Shown here: positions 20,658 to 29,747 of the stretch, piece by piece
Position numbering within the stretch: position 1 is the stretch's first letter
Layout of the letters: every line of letters begins with the position of its first letter
Assembly (NCBI GenBank): GCA_002412085.1
Contig: GG745550.1
Location: 1-62,012, forward strand
Reading direction: 5' to 3'
Length of the DNA: 62,012 nucleotides
From: Candidatus Parvarchaeum acidophilus ARMAN-5
GTDB lineage: Archaea > Nanobdellota > Nanobdellia > Parvarchaeales > Parvarchaeaceae
The notes under the pieces: model-generated
Databases searched by the model: none
What the model was told of the DNA's origin: nothing
What the model saw: the letters and a program-made list of their open reading frames with translations, nothing else
Program-made: the position numbers and the translations under genes

Positions 20658-20824
20658 AAAATAAAGGAGTTGTAAGCGGTGTTTTTCTTTATATAATACT
20701 CATAATAATCGGTATATTCCTTATTATAATATTTCTCGAGCTTTTCACACCTTATAAATTTACCAGTCTTTTTAAGGATTTTGTAGCAAAATCAGTAAGT
20801 ACAAATATAACAGGGTATACTTAA
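20654..20824 (+). CDS. 56-aa mini pilin-like protein
   Basis: MKNKG|VVSGVFLYIILIIIGIFLIIIFLELFTPYKFTSLFKDFVAKSVSTNITGYT*; ATGA overlap with the previous gene. Confidence 0.75.
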   Translation: MKNKGVVSGVFLYIILIIIGIFLIIIFLELFTPYKFTSLFKDFVAKSVSTNITGYT

Positions 20825-20825
20825 T

Positions 20826-20966
20826 ATGAACAATAAAGGAGTCGAGAGTTACATACTTTTGATAATAATAACACTGATAATTCTAATAATAGTGATAGTT
20901 TTCTATTTGTTTCTATTTTCGCCCTCTTTACTTCATAAATTAATACCTTCAGTTCCAAACATATAA
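20826..20966 (+). CDS. 46-aa mini pilin-like protein
   Basis: MNNKG|VESYILLIIITLIILIIVIVFYLFLFSPSLLHKLIPSVPNI*; 1-nt spacer. Confidence 0.75.
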   Translation: MNNKGVESYILLIIITLIILIIVIVFYLFLFSPSLLHKLIPSVPNI

Positions 20967-20967
20967 C

Positions 20968-21129
20968 ATGGAAGCTGTGTGGTATTATATCATTGCGATT
21001 ATACTTGGCATAACTCTGGTACTAGTCTATATCTTTTTTGTGGGCCCTTCCGCATTATCAAAGGACATTTCTAGCTTTTTTTCAGGTATACTTTCACCAA
21101 TAACTAATTCGTTTAAAAGTGTCTCTTAA
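20968..21129 (+). CDS. 53-aa single-TM protein, leaderless pilin-like
   Basis: MEAVWYYIIAIILGITLVLVYIFFVGPSALSKDISSFFSGILSPITNSFKSVS*; 1-nt spacer. Confidence 0.7.
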   Translation: MEAVWYYIIAIILGITLVLVYIFFVGPSALSKDISSFFSGILSPITNSFKSVS

Positions 21130-21161
21130 GATTTTTATACTGTCATCTGTTAATAGGGATT

Positions 21162-21737
21162 ATGATTACTTATAGCGAATTCCTTAGAATAAGAAGACAG
21201 GAACAGGAGGACAGCAGGACCATTACTAGACTTACAGATGAAATGCTGGAGGAGATGAAAGAGTATATTGCCATAAATAAAAACTCATTGGATGAAGCCA
21301 AAAAACTAGGCGATGAGCACAGGATAGATGAGATAAATACACAAATAAAGAATGCAATTTCTACGCTGGAACAGATACTAAACGCAAGGATGTTAAAGAT
21401 AGCTTCTTTAGCCATACTTAACGTGGACAGTGAACAGGCTAAGATGAACATGTTATCCAAAGAGAGAATACTTTTTGATAATTTTCTACGTTTGTCAAAG
21501 GAGCATAAATCTTCAATAATAAATGAGATAAAATCAATTGAGCCCAAAAAGCTGCAAAAAGTGGAATCAGATGACAATGACAGGGAAAAAGTAGTTATAA
21601 AAGTCATTTCAGACATACCAAAATTCGTTTGGAGAAACGATAAATCTTATGGCCCATTTACTTTTCCGAATATAATAGAAATAGATAAAGACGTTGCCGA
21701 TATTCTAATAAAGAGCGGAAAAGCAGAGAGTGCTTAA
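21162..21737 (+). CDS. GINS complex subunit (Gins15/51-like)
   Basis: Helical A domain (TYSEFLRIRRQE...RMLKI, ERILF) plus C-terminal B domain (DIPKFV...YGPF...VADILIKSGKA). Confidence 0.75.
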   Translation: MITYSEFLRIRRQEQEDSRTITRLTDEMLEEMKEYIAINKNSLDEAKKLGDEHRIDEINTQIKNAISTLEQILNARMLKIASLAILNVDSEQAKMNMLSKERILFDNFLRLSKEHKSSIINEIKSIEPKKLQKVESDDNDREKVVIKVISDIPKFVWRNDKSYGPFTFPNIIEIDKDVADILIKSGKAESA

Positions 21738-23264
21738 ATGACATTTTTTACGAAAAAAATAGACGACAGAGAATATCAGAAAAATATATTTGAGACCTGT
21801 AAATCAGGTAATACTTTAGTAGTGCTTCCTACAGGGTTAGGTAAGACAATCATAAGTGCTATGCTTGCAGATTATCGGCTGGAGAAATATCCAAATTCAA
21901 AGGTCCTTTTTTTGGCTCCAACAAAACCGCTTATAAACCAGCATATGAAGACCTTCTCTAATATTATGGATATTAAGATAGGCACGGCAAGTGGCTCAGT
22001 ATCTAGCAAAAAAAGATCCGAGATGTATCTGGAAAATCAATTGATATTTGCTACTCCTCAAACAATTGAAAACGACATAAAAAATGAGGTTATAGACTTC
22101 TCATCTTTTAGTCTGCTTATCGTCGACGAGGCACATCACACCGTTGGCAATTACTCTTATGTTAAGATTGCAAAGGATTACACAACTGGAAGTGCACATC
22201 CTCTTATACTTGGTTTAACGGCCTCTCCTGCATCCGAAAGAGAGAAAATAAGAACAATATGTAATAACCTGGGAATAACGAACGTAGAGATAAGATCAGA
22301 AGAGGATCCAGATGTTTCTCCTTATATAGAGAACAAAGAAGTGGAAGTGATTACAGTCAATATGCCATTGGAGATAGCAGATCTTTCAATTAAAGTAAAA
22401 GAAATGATAAACAGCGCTATACTAGAACTGCAAAGTTCAGGTTTGCTTAAAAACGTACAGCAGAGCAGGATAAATCGGGTGACTATACTGCTTTTACAGA
22501 AAAGCTTACAAACACAGATGTTCAGCGGCAGGCGTTCGTTCTACTTGATAAGAGGTATAATCCTAACATCAAAGCTAATGAAATTATATCATGCATATGG
22601 GCTTGTCAGTACTCAGAGCCTTTCCGCTTTTTTTAATTTTTTAGTAAAAATAGAAAAAGGTAAAGCAAAAACGGATAAAGAATTAGTATCGGATCCAAAA
22701 TTTCTTCAAATCAAAGAGAAAACTGAGGATTTACTAAAAAAGGGTATAGAACATCCAAAATTAGAGCAACTCGTACAACTTCTTAAAAATAACTTTTCAG
22801 AAGATAAGAAGGCAATAATATTCGCGCAATATAGAGACACAGTCGACGCAATATACTCGAGGATAAGTTCCATGGAAAATATAAGACCAGTAAGGTTTAT
22901 AGGACAAGGAAAGGGAGGTTTGTCACAAAAAGAGCAGGTAAATATAATAAGTGATTTCGAGTCTGGCGTATACAATGTATTAGTTTCTACAAGTGTTAGT
23001 GAAGAAGGTATGTCAATAAGAGGGGTTGATATCGCAGTATTTTATGAGACAATACCAAGTGCAATAAGAAACATACAAAGAAGAGGCAGAGTTGGAAGGT
23101 TTGCAGCAGGAAAAGTATTCATATTGATAACAAAAGGAACCAACGACGAAAGTTACTATTGGCTATCCAAAAGAAGAGAGAAAAGCATGAAGAAAATAAT
23201 AAAAAACATACAGGAAAATCCGGAAAATATAAAACAAGATGGCACGCTTAATCCATTTGCTTAA
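21738..23264 (+). CDS. Hef/FANCM-like SF2 helicase (no ERCC4 nuclease domain)
   Basis: LPTGLGKT, APTKPL, DEAH, TAS, HPK, SEEG, QRRGRVGR. Confidence 0.9.
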   Translation: MTFFTKKIDDREYQKNIFETCKSGNTLVVLPTGLGKTIISAMLADYRLEKYPNSKVLFLAPTKPLINQHMKTFSNIMDIKIGTASGSVSSKKRSEMYLENQLIFATPQTIENDIKNEVIDFSSFSLLIVDEAHHTVGNYSYVKIAKDYTTGSAHPLILGLTASPASEREKIRTICNNLGITNVEIRSEEDPDVSPYIENKEVEVITVNMPLEIADLSIKVKEMINSAILELQSSGLLKNVQQSRINRVTILLLQKSLQTQMFSGRRSFYLIRGIILTSKLMKLYHAYGLVSTQSLSAFFNFLVKIEKGKAKTDKELVSDPKFLQIKEKTEDLLKKGIEHPKLEQLVQLLKNNFSEDKKAIIFAQYRDTVDAIYSRISSMENIRPVRFIGQGKGGLSQKEQVNIISDFESGVYNVLVSTSVSEEGMSIRGVDIAVFYETIPSAIRNIQRRGRVGRFAAGKVFILITKGTNDESYYWLSKRREKSMKKIIKNIQENPENIKQDGTLNPFA

Positions 23265-23734
23265 GATCCAAATATCTCATCTTCACATTTTCCTCCAGCT
23301 TTATAAACTATACCATCTACAGACACGTTGCTTCCAGAGGTGTTACCTATAATAACAGTATTTGTAGATAGATCAACTGGTGTAAAAGTTTTAGAGAAAC
23401 TGCTTGTGCCAACAGAATAATTTCCAACGAGTTCTATTTTGCCAGGATCAGATGCTATTATATTATTCATATATACTTTGTATACAAGACCAACTGCACC
23501 ATCAGATACGGATACATGGAATACATTAGGTTTTGAAGCAGTACTTAAATTCGTAATGTTTACACTACAAGGTACTGGGTTACCAGTTCCAGTAGAAACA
23601 ATCCCTGTGGGCAAAAGCGAAAAATGAAATACGGAACTTGCTATAACGACCCCAAGTACTATAAATGAGATATACAGGATTATTACAATGAACGTTTCTA
23701 TCGCACTCGATCCCTTTATTTTGTTACTGCGCAT
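23261..23734 (-). CDS. Class III signal peptide protein
   Basis: KIKG|SSAIETFIVIIL hydrophobic helix; S/T/N-rich body with two Cys. Confidence 0.7.
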   Translation of the reverse strand: MRSNKIKGSSAIETFIVIILYISFIVLGVVIASSVFHFSLLPTGIVSTGTGNPVPCSVNITNLSTASKPNVFHVSVSDGAVGLVYKVYMNNIIASDPGKIELVGNYSVGTSSFSKTFTPVDLSTNTVIIGNTSGSNVSVDGIVYKAGGKCEDEIFGS

Positions 23735-25176
23735 ATATACATAACATCTCTACCTAGAAAATAGTTTTTTGTATGGCTTATCTCTTGTGGAAGCGAATCA
23801 AAGAAATAGAATATGGATTGCGCACATTGCTCTAACCCAGTAGCAGCTATCGCGCCATAAAGAACCTTTTTTGTATATATAGCTGCGTTTGGAGCGATAT
23901 CATCTTTACATATTGTATTATTATAACATTCTGCCGTAGTGAACCCTGCCAGTGCTGTACCAGCTATTATCCCACTAGTTGAAGGAGAAAGAACATCTGC
24001 GGCAACTCCCGAGACTACGGCACGACTACATTCATCTTCTATACCTGCAGTAGGGTAATTGTTTAGGAATGTAGCCGGTTCGCATTCACTAGGAAGGCTT
24101 ATACTGTTAGGCGCAAATCTAGTCCCAACAAGCGAATTTAAATAAACTATATAAAGTTGTGCGTGATTTATCGATTTACTGCTGTTAGGATCTACAAATC
24201 CATTCTGACTATCATTGCTTAGATTTTTAAAGCTGAATATAAGGTTAGTCCCGGGTCTAAGGTAATCCGCATAAGATTCATTTATTATAGAAGTGCTTTT
24301 TACCGGTTCTGTGAGAGTGCATGACGGAGGTGCGGAATATTGATTTACCACACTATTGTACTGAACGGTACAGTTGTTTCCGCTGCAGAAATTAGTGTAA
24401 AGATCAGTACAGACTTGCGTGTTTCCCGTAGAGTTAGCGCATGTTCCAAGTTTAGTGTTAAACGAACAGCCCTGTGAAGCTTCACAAAGATCAGCTGTCA
24501 TGTTTGCAGCTGCGTTCGGAAAAGTAGTACCGTTAAGAGGTATATAACTTGGCGTAAATGAATAACCTGCTGTATCTCTACATTGGAAATAACTTGATGA
24601 TGTAGCTTCGCAGATACTTGGTTGATTAATATCACATGTAAAACCATTGGGATTGCTTGAGGATATTGGGTCGGAGCAGGATTGTACAGCTGTATGGTTT
24701 AAGCAGCTTACTTGCGTGGTGTAAGTATTAGTCTCAAGGTACTGCGTTAGGTTGTTTATAGTTAAATTTTGATTAGTATTTACATCTATTACACCGCATG
24801 TTGCTGGGCTATTTGGTAGAACTGTTAAACCTTGTTGAGCGCCGTACTCATTCCAGCATGATGTAGCAAGTGTAGAAGTACCTGCAAAAACTTGTGATGC
24901 TGTTGATCCAGAGCTATATGCGCTAGTTGCAGTAGTGCATCCGAAAAGAGGTGGCGATATTCCTGCGCTTTTAAGTGCACCGCTAATACAGAAAAAGTTA
25001 GATACACATAACCCATTATAATAAAAATTAGTAAATTCTGCACTTACATGACATATACTGCTATTTGAAAGATTTACTCCTACTAAAAGCAAATAGCCAG
25101 CTACGGCTACTATTACTATTATAACGATAACGGCAAAAATTATGAATATAAATGATTCTCCGGGGGTCTCTGCCAT
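23716..25176 (-). CDS. Membrane-anchored Cys-rich surface protein
   Basis: N-terminal TM helix, about 20 or more Cys, many N-x-S/T sequons. Confidence 0.75.
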   Translation of the reverse strand: MAETPGESFIFIIFAVIVIIVIVAVAGYLLLVGVNLSNSSICHVSAEFTNFYYNGLCVSNFFCISGALKSAGISPPLFGCTTATSAYSSGSTASQVFAGTSTLATSCWNEYGAQQGLTVLPNSPATCGVIDVNTNQNLTINNLTQYLETNTYTTQVSCLNHTAVQSCSDPISSSNPNGFTCDINQPSICEATSSSYFQCRDTAGYSFTPSYIPLNGTTFPNAAANMTADLCEASQGCSFNTKLGTCANSTGNTQVCTDLYTNFCSGNNCTVQYNSVVNQYSAPPSCTLTEPVKSTSIINESYADYLRPGTNLIFSFKNLSNDSQNGFVDPNSSKSINHAQLYIVYLNSLVGTRFAPNSISLPSECEPATFLNNYPTAGIEDECSRAVVSGVAADVLSPSTSGIIAGTALAGFTTAECYNNTICKDDIAPNAAIYTKKVLYGAIAATGLEQCAQSIFYFFDSLPQEISHTKNYFLGRDVMYICAVTK

Positions 25177-25217
25177 ATCTAATTAATCATTCAATAAAAT
25201 AAATAGTATCTATATAT

Positions 25218-26105
25218 TCAACTCTGAGGTATACATACAAATACTCTGCTTTGACTGTATACCATGTAATTACTAAGTTTTCCGCACAGAGGAACATAAT
25301 AATCACAGCCGGAATTTTCGTTTATTATGCTTTTAGATGGATTGCCATTGCTAAGAGAGCTGACTGTTTCAAATGTGCTGTTGGTTGTCTGGTTTAGATT
25401 ATTACAGGAATTTTTATTGCTTATTATGGGTTGATCATATTCCGATGTATAAGTACACTGGTCTTTGAAACTTATCTGGCAGTTGTTTGTACCTTTACTA
25501 GGATAACCGAAATAAGTTACGATATAACTGCCGTTAATAAGTTTATCAGACGGAGAAGCGTATTGTGCGTTTCCATTACTCCCATTCGTTATAAAAACTA
25601 TTTGGAGAGGATAACTACCATTGTAATTTGTGTCGATATAACTTATTATTGATGAATAATTTACATCGTTTGATGTAATTATTGATCCGTCATAACAATT
25701 GAACATTTGGTTAAGGTTCTTCGCTGAAATGATATCTGAGCCAACTGCCGCATTTCCGCTAGCAAATAGAGAAAAGCATGAAGATGCTTGTGTATAGAAC
25801 TGCGATGCGAAACCAGAAACAGAGTTTTCATCTATGTTTGTATTCTGCAGGCAATTCTTTTGAACCTGTGAAGACTGAGTCGGACTAACAGCTATATTTG
25901 AAATTCCCAAAGCGGAAGTAATTCCAGTAAAAGGCGCAAGAAAAGTGTTCACAATTTTGTATTGTGTAAAAGATGTAAAACAGTTAAGCCCAAAGCCAAG
26001 TGTTCCGAATGAAGTTATAAGCGAAAAAGAGACTACCGTTAATATTATTGCCGCTATTACTACAAATATTACAAAAACTATAGTAAGAAGGATTCCTTCC
26101 TCCAT
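25218..26105 (-). CDS. Membrane-anchored Cys-rich surface protein, apparent paralog of 23716-25176
   Basis: N-terminal TM; ASSCF...C.G.I resembles ATSCW...CGVI; similar C-terminus (RVFVC vs VMYIC). Confidence 0.7.
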   Translation of the reverse strand: MEEGILLTIVFVIFVVIAAIILTVVSFSLITSFGTLGFGLNCFTSFTQYKIVNTFLAPFTGITSALGISNIAVSPTQSSQVQKNCLQNTNIDENSVSGFASQFYTQASSCFSLFASGNAAVGSDIISAKNLNQMFNCYDGSIITSNDVNYSSIISYIDTNYNGSYPLQIVFITNGSNGNAQYASPSDKLINGSYIVTYFGYPSKGTNNCQISFKDQCTYTSEYDQPIISNKNSCNNLNQTTNSTFETVSSLSNGNPSKSIINENSGCDYYVPLCGKLSNYMVYSQSRVFVCIPQS

Positions 26106-26263
26106 TATGACCCTCCTAGTAGATTACCAAAATAAGAAAATGGAGAAGCTCCGTGAGAACTGGTATAAAATAGTAAAACTACCAATGCTATTGCCATTAT
26201 GGCGGTTATTATTACTAACATAATCCATATCAAACGCCATTCTACACTTGCTTTATTATTCAT
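26105..26263 (-). CDS. 52-aa mini pilin-like protein
   Basis: MNNKA|SVEWRLIWIMLVIITAIMAIALVVLLFY...GGS*; start taken at the second Met of the 64-aa ORF. Confidence 0.7.
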   Translation of the reverse strand: MNNKASVEWRLIWIMLVIITAIMAIALVVLLFYTSSHGASPFSYFGNLLGGS

Positions 26264-26264
26264 A

Positions 26265-26774
26265 TTACTGCTGGGCACATGCAGGGCAGTATGGGCCATC
26301 TCCCGAAATGCATGAAGGATTGCTTATGTCACAATTCTGTATGTCTGTTGCATTGTTTGCGACTATAGTGCTGTCTGCACAGCTCTCAAGATCCGCAGTA
26401 TTTGTAGGGGATACAACACTACATGCGCTGACTATTGTAGAGTTAGGATTACCTATACAATTCTGTACGGCTGCCTGGTTTCCTTTTCCATTTACGAAAT
26501 TATAATAGTAACACCAGTGAGTTATACATGTCTGATGAGCAGTTGCGGCATCAAAACAGGCATTTGTTAGGTAGCATCTAAAAAGAGGAGTTCCCTCCAT
26601 TCTGTTAGTGTACCCATATTCGGCGCTAGTGAACTGATTTTGAAGGATATTTGTCGAAGAATCGCAGCCTATAGGAAATATGGAGGAGTAATTCCCATAA
26701 AAAAGGAAGAACATTGTAAGTGAAATTACTATTCCAATAAGGATCTCAAAAAAAAGAAACTGCTCTACATCCAT
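26265..26774 (-). CDS. Membrane-anchored Cys-rich protein
   Basis: N-terminal TM and about 12 Cys in 169 aa, ending YCPAC. Confidence 0.7.
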   Translation of the reverse strand: MDVEQFLFFEILIGIVISLTMFFLFYGNYSSIFPIGCDSSTNILQNQFTSAEYGYTNRMEGTPLFRCYLTNACFDAATAHQTCITHWCYYYNFVNGKGNQAAVQNCIGNPNSTIVSACSVVSPTNTADLESCADSTIVANNATDIQNCDISNPSCISGDGPYCPACAQQ

Positions 26775-26813
26775 TCAATCTTTAGTATACATCGGTTTAA
26801 ATCTTTTTTTATA

Positions 26814-27221
26814 TTATATTTTTGTTTTATCTACTAAGATTACTTCAAACCATTTGCTTTTTCCGTCTTCTATAAGGAAATACGAACCCACTACTTTCAT
26901 GTTCTTAAATACTTTGGAAACTCTGTTTCTTGCTATCTGTTCCTTACTAACTGCTAATTTGTAGTATATACCGCTCTTACTCGGTCTCCTGGCATGGTTT
27001 GGTCGAGGTCTTCTAAAATCACCTTTTCCGACTCTTACTCTAACAACAACATACCCTTGTTTTGCTTTATAGCCCACAGATTTAGCTCTTGTAATTTTTG
27101 TAGGTTTATCAACTCTTGTCATTATAGGCTGTTTTCTTACATCCTGTAATATTTCTTTCTTTCTAATATCATTTTTGTACATCGCCATTTCATTTGCGTG
27201 TATATATTTGAATGATCCCAT
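26814..27221 (-). CDS. rpl15e: 50S ribosomal protein L15e (short form)
   Basis: RVDKPT..RAKSVGYKAKQGYVVVRVRV, RRPSKSG, KWFEVILVD. Confidence 0.92.
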   Translation of the reverse strand: MGSFKYIHANEMAMYKNDIRKKEILQDVRKQPIMTRVDKPTKITRAKSVGYKAKQGYVVVRVRVGKGDFRRPRPNHARRPSKSGIYYKLAVSKEQIARNRVSKVFKNMKVVGSYFLIEDGKSKWFEVILVDKTKI

Positions 27222-27263
27222 AAAGAATATGTTAAAGATTATAAGTATAAATATCTAACTTCT

Positions 27264-27704
27264 TTAGTTTATAACGCTCCCAGCAGCAGCAATAACCGGT
27301 GAAAAGGAAATGTTTGTTGGCGTATAATAAATATAACCATTACCCGTAAATGAAGTTCCAAGTGATACAGCTGTAAGATTACAGTTCGTTGTTTCCAATG
27401 CAGGGAGATAAGTCTTAGAGCATTTAAAAGAGGTGTAATTCACTCCATTTATAATTATTGAAACTCCTTCTATTTTTATGTTTTCATTTAGTACATTCTG
27501 AAAATTAATGTAATACAGCGAGTCAGATGCTATATACCCCTGGTGCACTATAAAACCGGTAAATCCGGAATAGCTTGGCTTCGTTGTAGGGCTTATGAAA
27601 CCCGGATAAAACGTGAATATTATATAGAAAATAGAACCTATAATAATCATAGCTATACTGAATCCTATAATCAATTCAAGAGATTCTTGTCCTTTTTTAT
27701 TCAT
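27264..27704 (-). CDS. Class III signal peptide (pilin-like) protein
   Basis: MNKKG|QESLELIIGFSIAMIII. Confidence 0.8.
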   Translation of the reverse strand: MNKKGQESLELIIGFSIAMIIIGSIFYIIFTFYPGFISPTTKPSYSGFTGFIVHQGYIASDSLYYINFQNVLNENIKIEGVSIIINGVNYTSFKCSKTYLPALETTNCNLTAVSLGTSFTGNGYIYYTPTNISFSPVIAAAGSVIN

Positions 27705-27778
27705 GTCTATTTTAATCATCTTTTATATAAAAATTAAAAATATGTAAAATATTAAAGTAAAAAATACGTAAAATAGAT

Positions 27779-28765
27779 ATGTACTCCTTAGAACACCTTG
27801 AATTAAACGATATATATAAAATGTTTGAAAATTTACAGTTCAAAAAAATAATATTGCAACCTCCAAACAAAAAACCTGGTTCTTTTAGAGGAGCAGGTGC
27901 ATTGCTTATAGATGGAAAGGATTACTGGCTTACTTCAAGAACTAGAACCGCCGAGAAAAGAGGTTATGAAGTGGAAATATATCATTCAAAAAACGGCTAT
28001 GATTTTAGTAGCATTAAAACCATAAGCAGGAGGGAAATGGAAGAATTTATCGGAAATAAAATATCCAGTATAGAGGCACAGCAAATTATAAGAGACCCTA
28101 AAACAGGTAAATTCTATATGTATGTTTCCATAGACTTAATAGATAATAAATATCCGCACATGTGGGTTGTCCTTCTTCTAATAGCAAACAAACCTTCTGG
28201 TAAATGGATAAACGGCGGTATCGTTATGTACCCTAAAGAACCTTTCAATACAGTTAAAGACTGTAATATTGGGATATTTAATGGCAGATATATCGCTCTC
28301 TGCAAGGCATACATAGATAAAGATAAAAAGCTTTTTACGACTTTATACACCAGTTCGGATGGAATAAAATGGAAATATTCTGGTATTCCGACATTTAATG
28401 GTAAAAAACAAAAGTCAATATTTGCACTTGATGGGAGTATATACAAATTTAACAATAAAATATTTGTAATAGGTACAAAAGAGGAGATTTTTACTAGAGG
28501 ATTAACTACAACTAACAGACTGTGCATCATGGAATTAGATTTATCCAAGAAAGATATTAAAACTGTAGTGTCGGAAAAGTGGAAGCATTTATCTAATTAC
28601 GAAAGAAAAAATTACCCGATACATACTTATTTCACGGCAGTGCCAGATTACGCCGCTGGAGAATGGAAGGTAATAGCGGAAATAACTGATCCAAGATACA
28701 CAAAGAAACTTGGAGTATTTGATGTAGTAGATAATGTAATTATGTATACCTCAACTCTTAACTAA
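27779..28765 (+). CDS. Putative beta-propeller glycoside hydrolase-like protein
   Basis: Asp-box-like S.NG/SSDG..W repeats, VKD motif, beta-rich; family assignment tentative. Confidence 0.5.
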   Translation: MYSLEHLELNDIYKMFENLQFKKIILQPPNKKPGSFRGAGALLIDGKDYWLTSRTRTAEKRGYEVEIYHSKNGYDFSSIKTISRREMEEFIGNKISSIEAQQIIRDPKTGKFYMYVSIDLIDNKYPHMWVVLLLIANKPSGKWINGGIVMYPKEPFNTVKDCNIGIFNGRYIALCKAYIDKDKKLFTTLYTSSDGIKWKYSGIPTFNGKKQKSIFALDGSIYKFNNKIFVIGTKEEIFTRGLTTTNRLCIMELDLSKKDIKTVVSEKWKHLSNYERKNYPIHTYFTAVPDYAAGEWKVIAEITDPRYTKKLGVFDVVDNVIMYTSTLN

Positions 28766-28836
28766 ATTATAGGAAATCATTATTTTTATATCCTAAGTAT
28801 AAAAACAGTTAAATATATATATTTTTTATAGTAGAT

Positions 28837-29321
28837 ATGGCAAAAGGACAGTCAGCATTAGAATATATGATGACTTATGGTTGGGCAATCTTAATCATAG
28901 TCATTGTAGCTGTAATCGCGTGTACGCTATGGGTATATTCAACCCTAGAGCAAGCGTAACTGCAAGCAGTAGTGGATTTAGTCCATTCGTAGTAAGTGCA
29001 GCTGTATGTGGTAGCAACGGTGTATTAAGTGTGGCCTTCAAAACGGGAGGACTACCAAATGGAGCAACTTCAGCAACCATAAAAAATATGACTATAAGTT
29101 CACCATCAGGGCTTGGGTCATCAGTGCAAAAAACAGCTGGTAACATAAACGACAATGTAACGGTTGCTTCAGGCAGTACATTTGTTGCAAATTTTTCCAG
29201 TGCAACATGTACTTCTGGGACATCGTTTAGTGCAAGTGGAGTCTTAAATTATAAGGTTTCAACTGCAGCAGGAAAAGCAACATATTCTGCAACAGGTACG
29301 ATAGCAGGAACAGCAAGTTAA
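28837..29321 (+). CDS. Archaeal type IV pilin (frameshift near 28920)
   Basis: MAKG|QSALEYMMTYGWAILIIVIVAVIA from ATG 28837; continues as YAMGIFNP...ATGTIAGTAS in the next frame. Confidence 0.85.
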
Positions 29322-29378
29322 ATGATTTGTTTTTAATTTTTTCTTTTTATTTTTAAACAGAAAAACCAAGACATAAGT

Positions 29379-29441
29379 AACTTTTATCAGTAACATGTAT
29401 CTCTCTAGCATCGTTTAGTGTAAGTTGAATATTAAATTATA
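29379..29441 (+). repeat. Degenerate direct copy of pilin 3' segment (about 29189-29253)
   Basis: Shared blocks AACATGTA, CATCGTTTAGTG(C/T)AAGT and TTAAATTATA in the same order. Confidence 0.7.
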
Positions 29442-29502
29442 CTTTTTAATATTATGTTTTAGTCCTTTTAATAGCGGCATGAGCATTAACTAATAATATT
29501 TA

Positions 29503-29573
29503 GCCTCGGGTGGGTTTCGAACCCACAACCTCCTGCTTACGAAGCAGGCGCTCTGCCATTGAGCTACCGCGGC
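29503..29573 (-). tRNA. tRNA-Thr(CGU)
   Basis: Cloverleaf: anticodon arm CCTGC-TTCGTAA-GCAGG, T-arm GTGGG-TTCGAAA-CCCAC; G4:A69 mismatch in the acceptor stem. Confidence 0.92.
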
Positions 29574-29744
29574 TTATTTAAAACCTACTTCTTTGTTTAT
29601 GTCCTTCTTATATCTATTTTCGCTTACCAAATGTTTCACTACACCGAATGTGTGGCCGCAGAAGAAGCATTTAACTGTCTTTAATGAAGAGGTTTTCTGA
29701 TATTTCCCACATTTTGGGCATTTTACTATACGATAAACGACCAT
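29574..29744 (-). CDS. 56-aa zinc-ribbon protein (CxxC-x14-CxxC)
   Basis: Hand translation MVVYRIVKCPKCGKYQKTSSLKTVKCFFCGHTF...GFK*; fits exactly between the MinD-like gene and the tRNA. Confidence 0.75.
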   Translation of the reverse strand: MVVYRIVKCPKCGKYQKTSSLKTVKCFFCGHTFGVVKHLVSENRYKKDINKEVGFK

Positions 29745-29747
29745 AAC

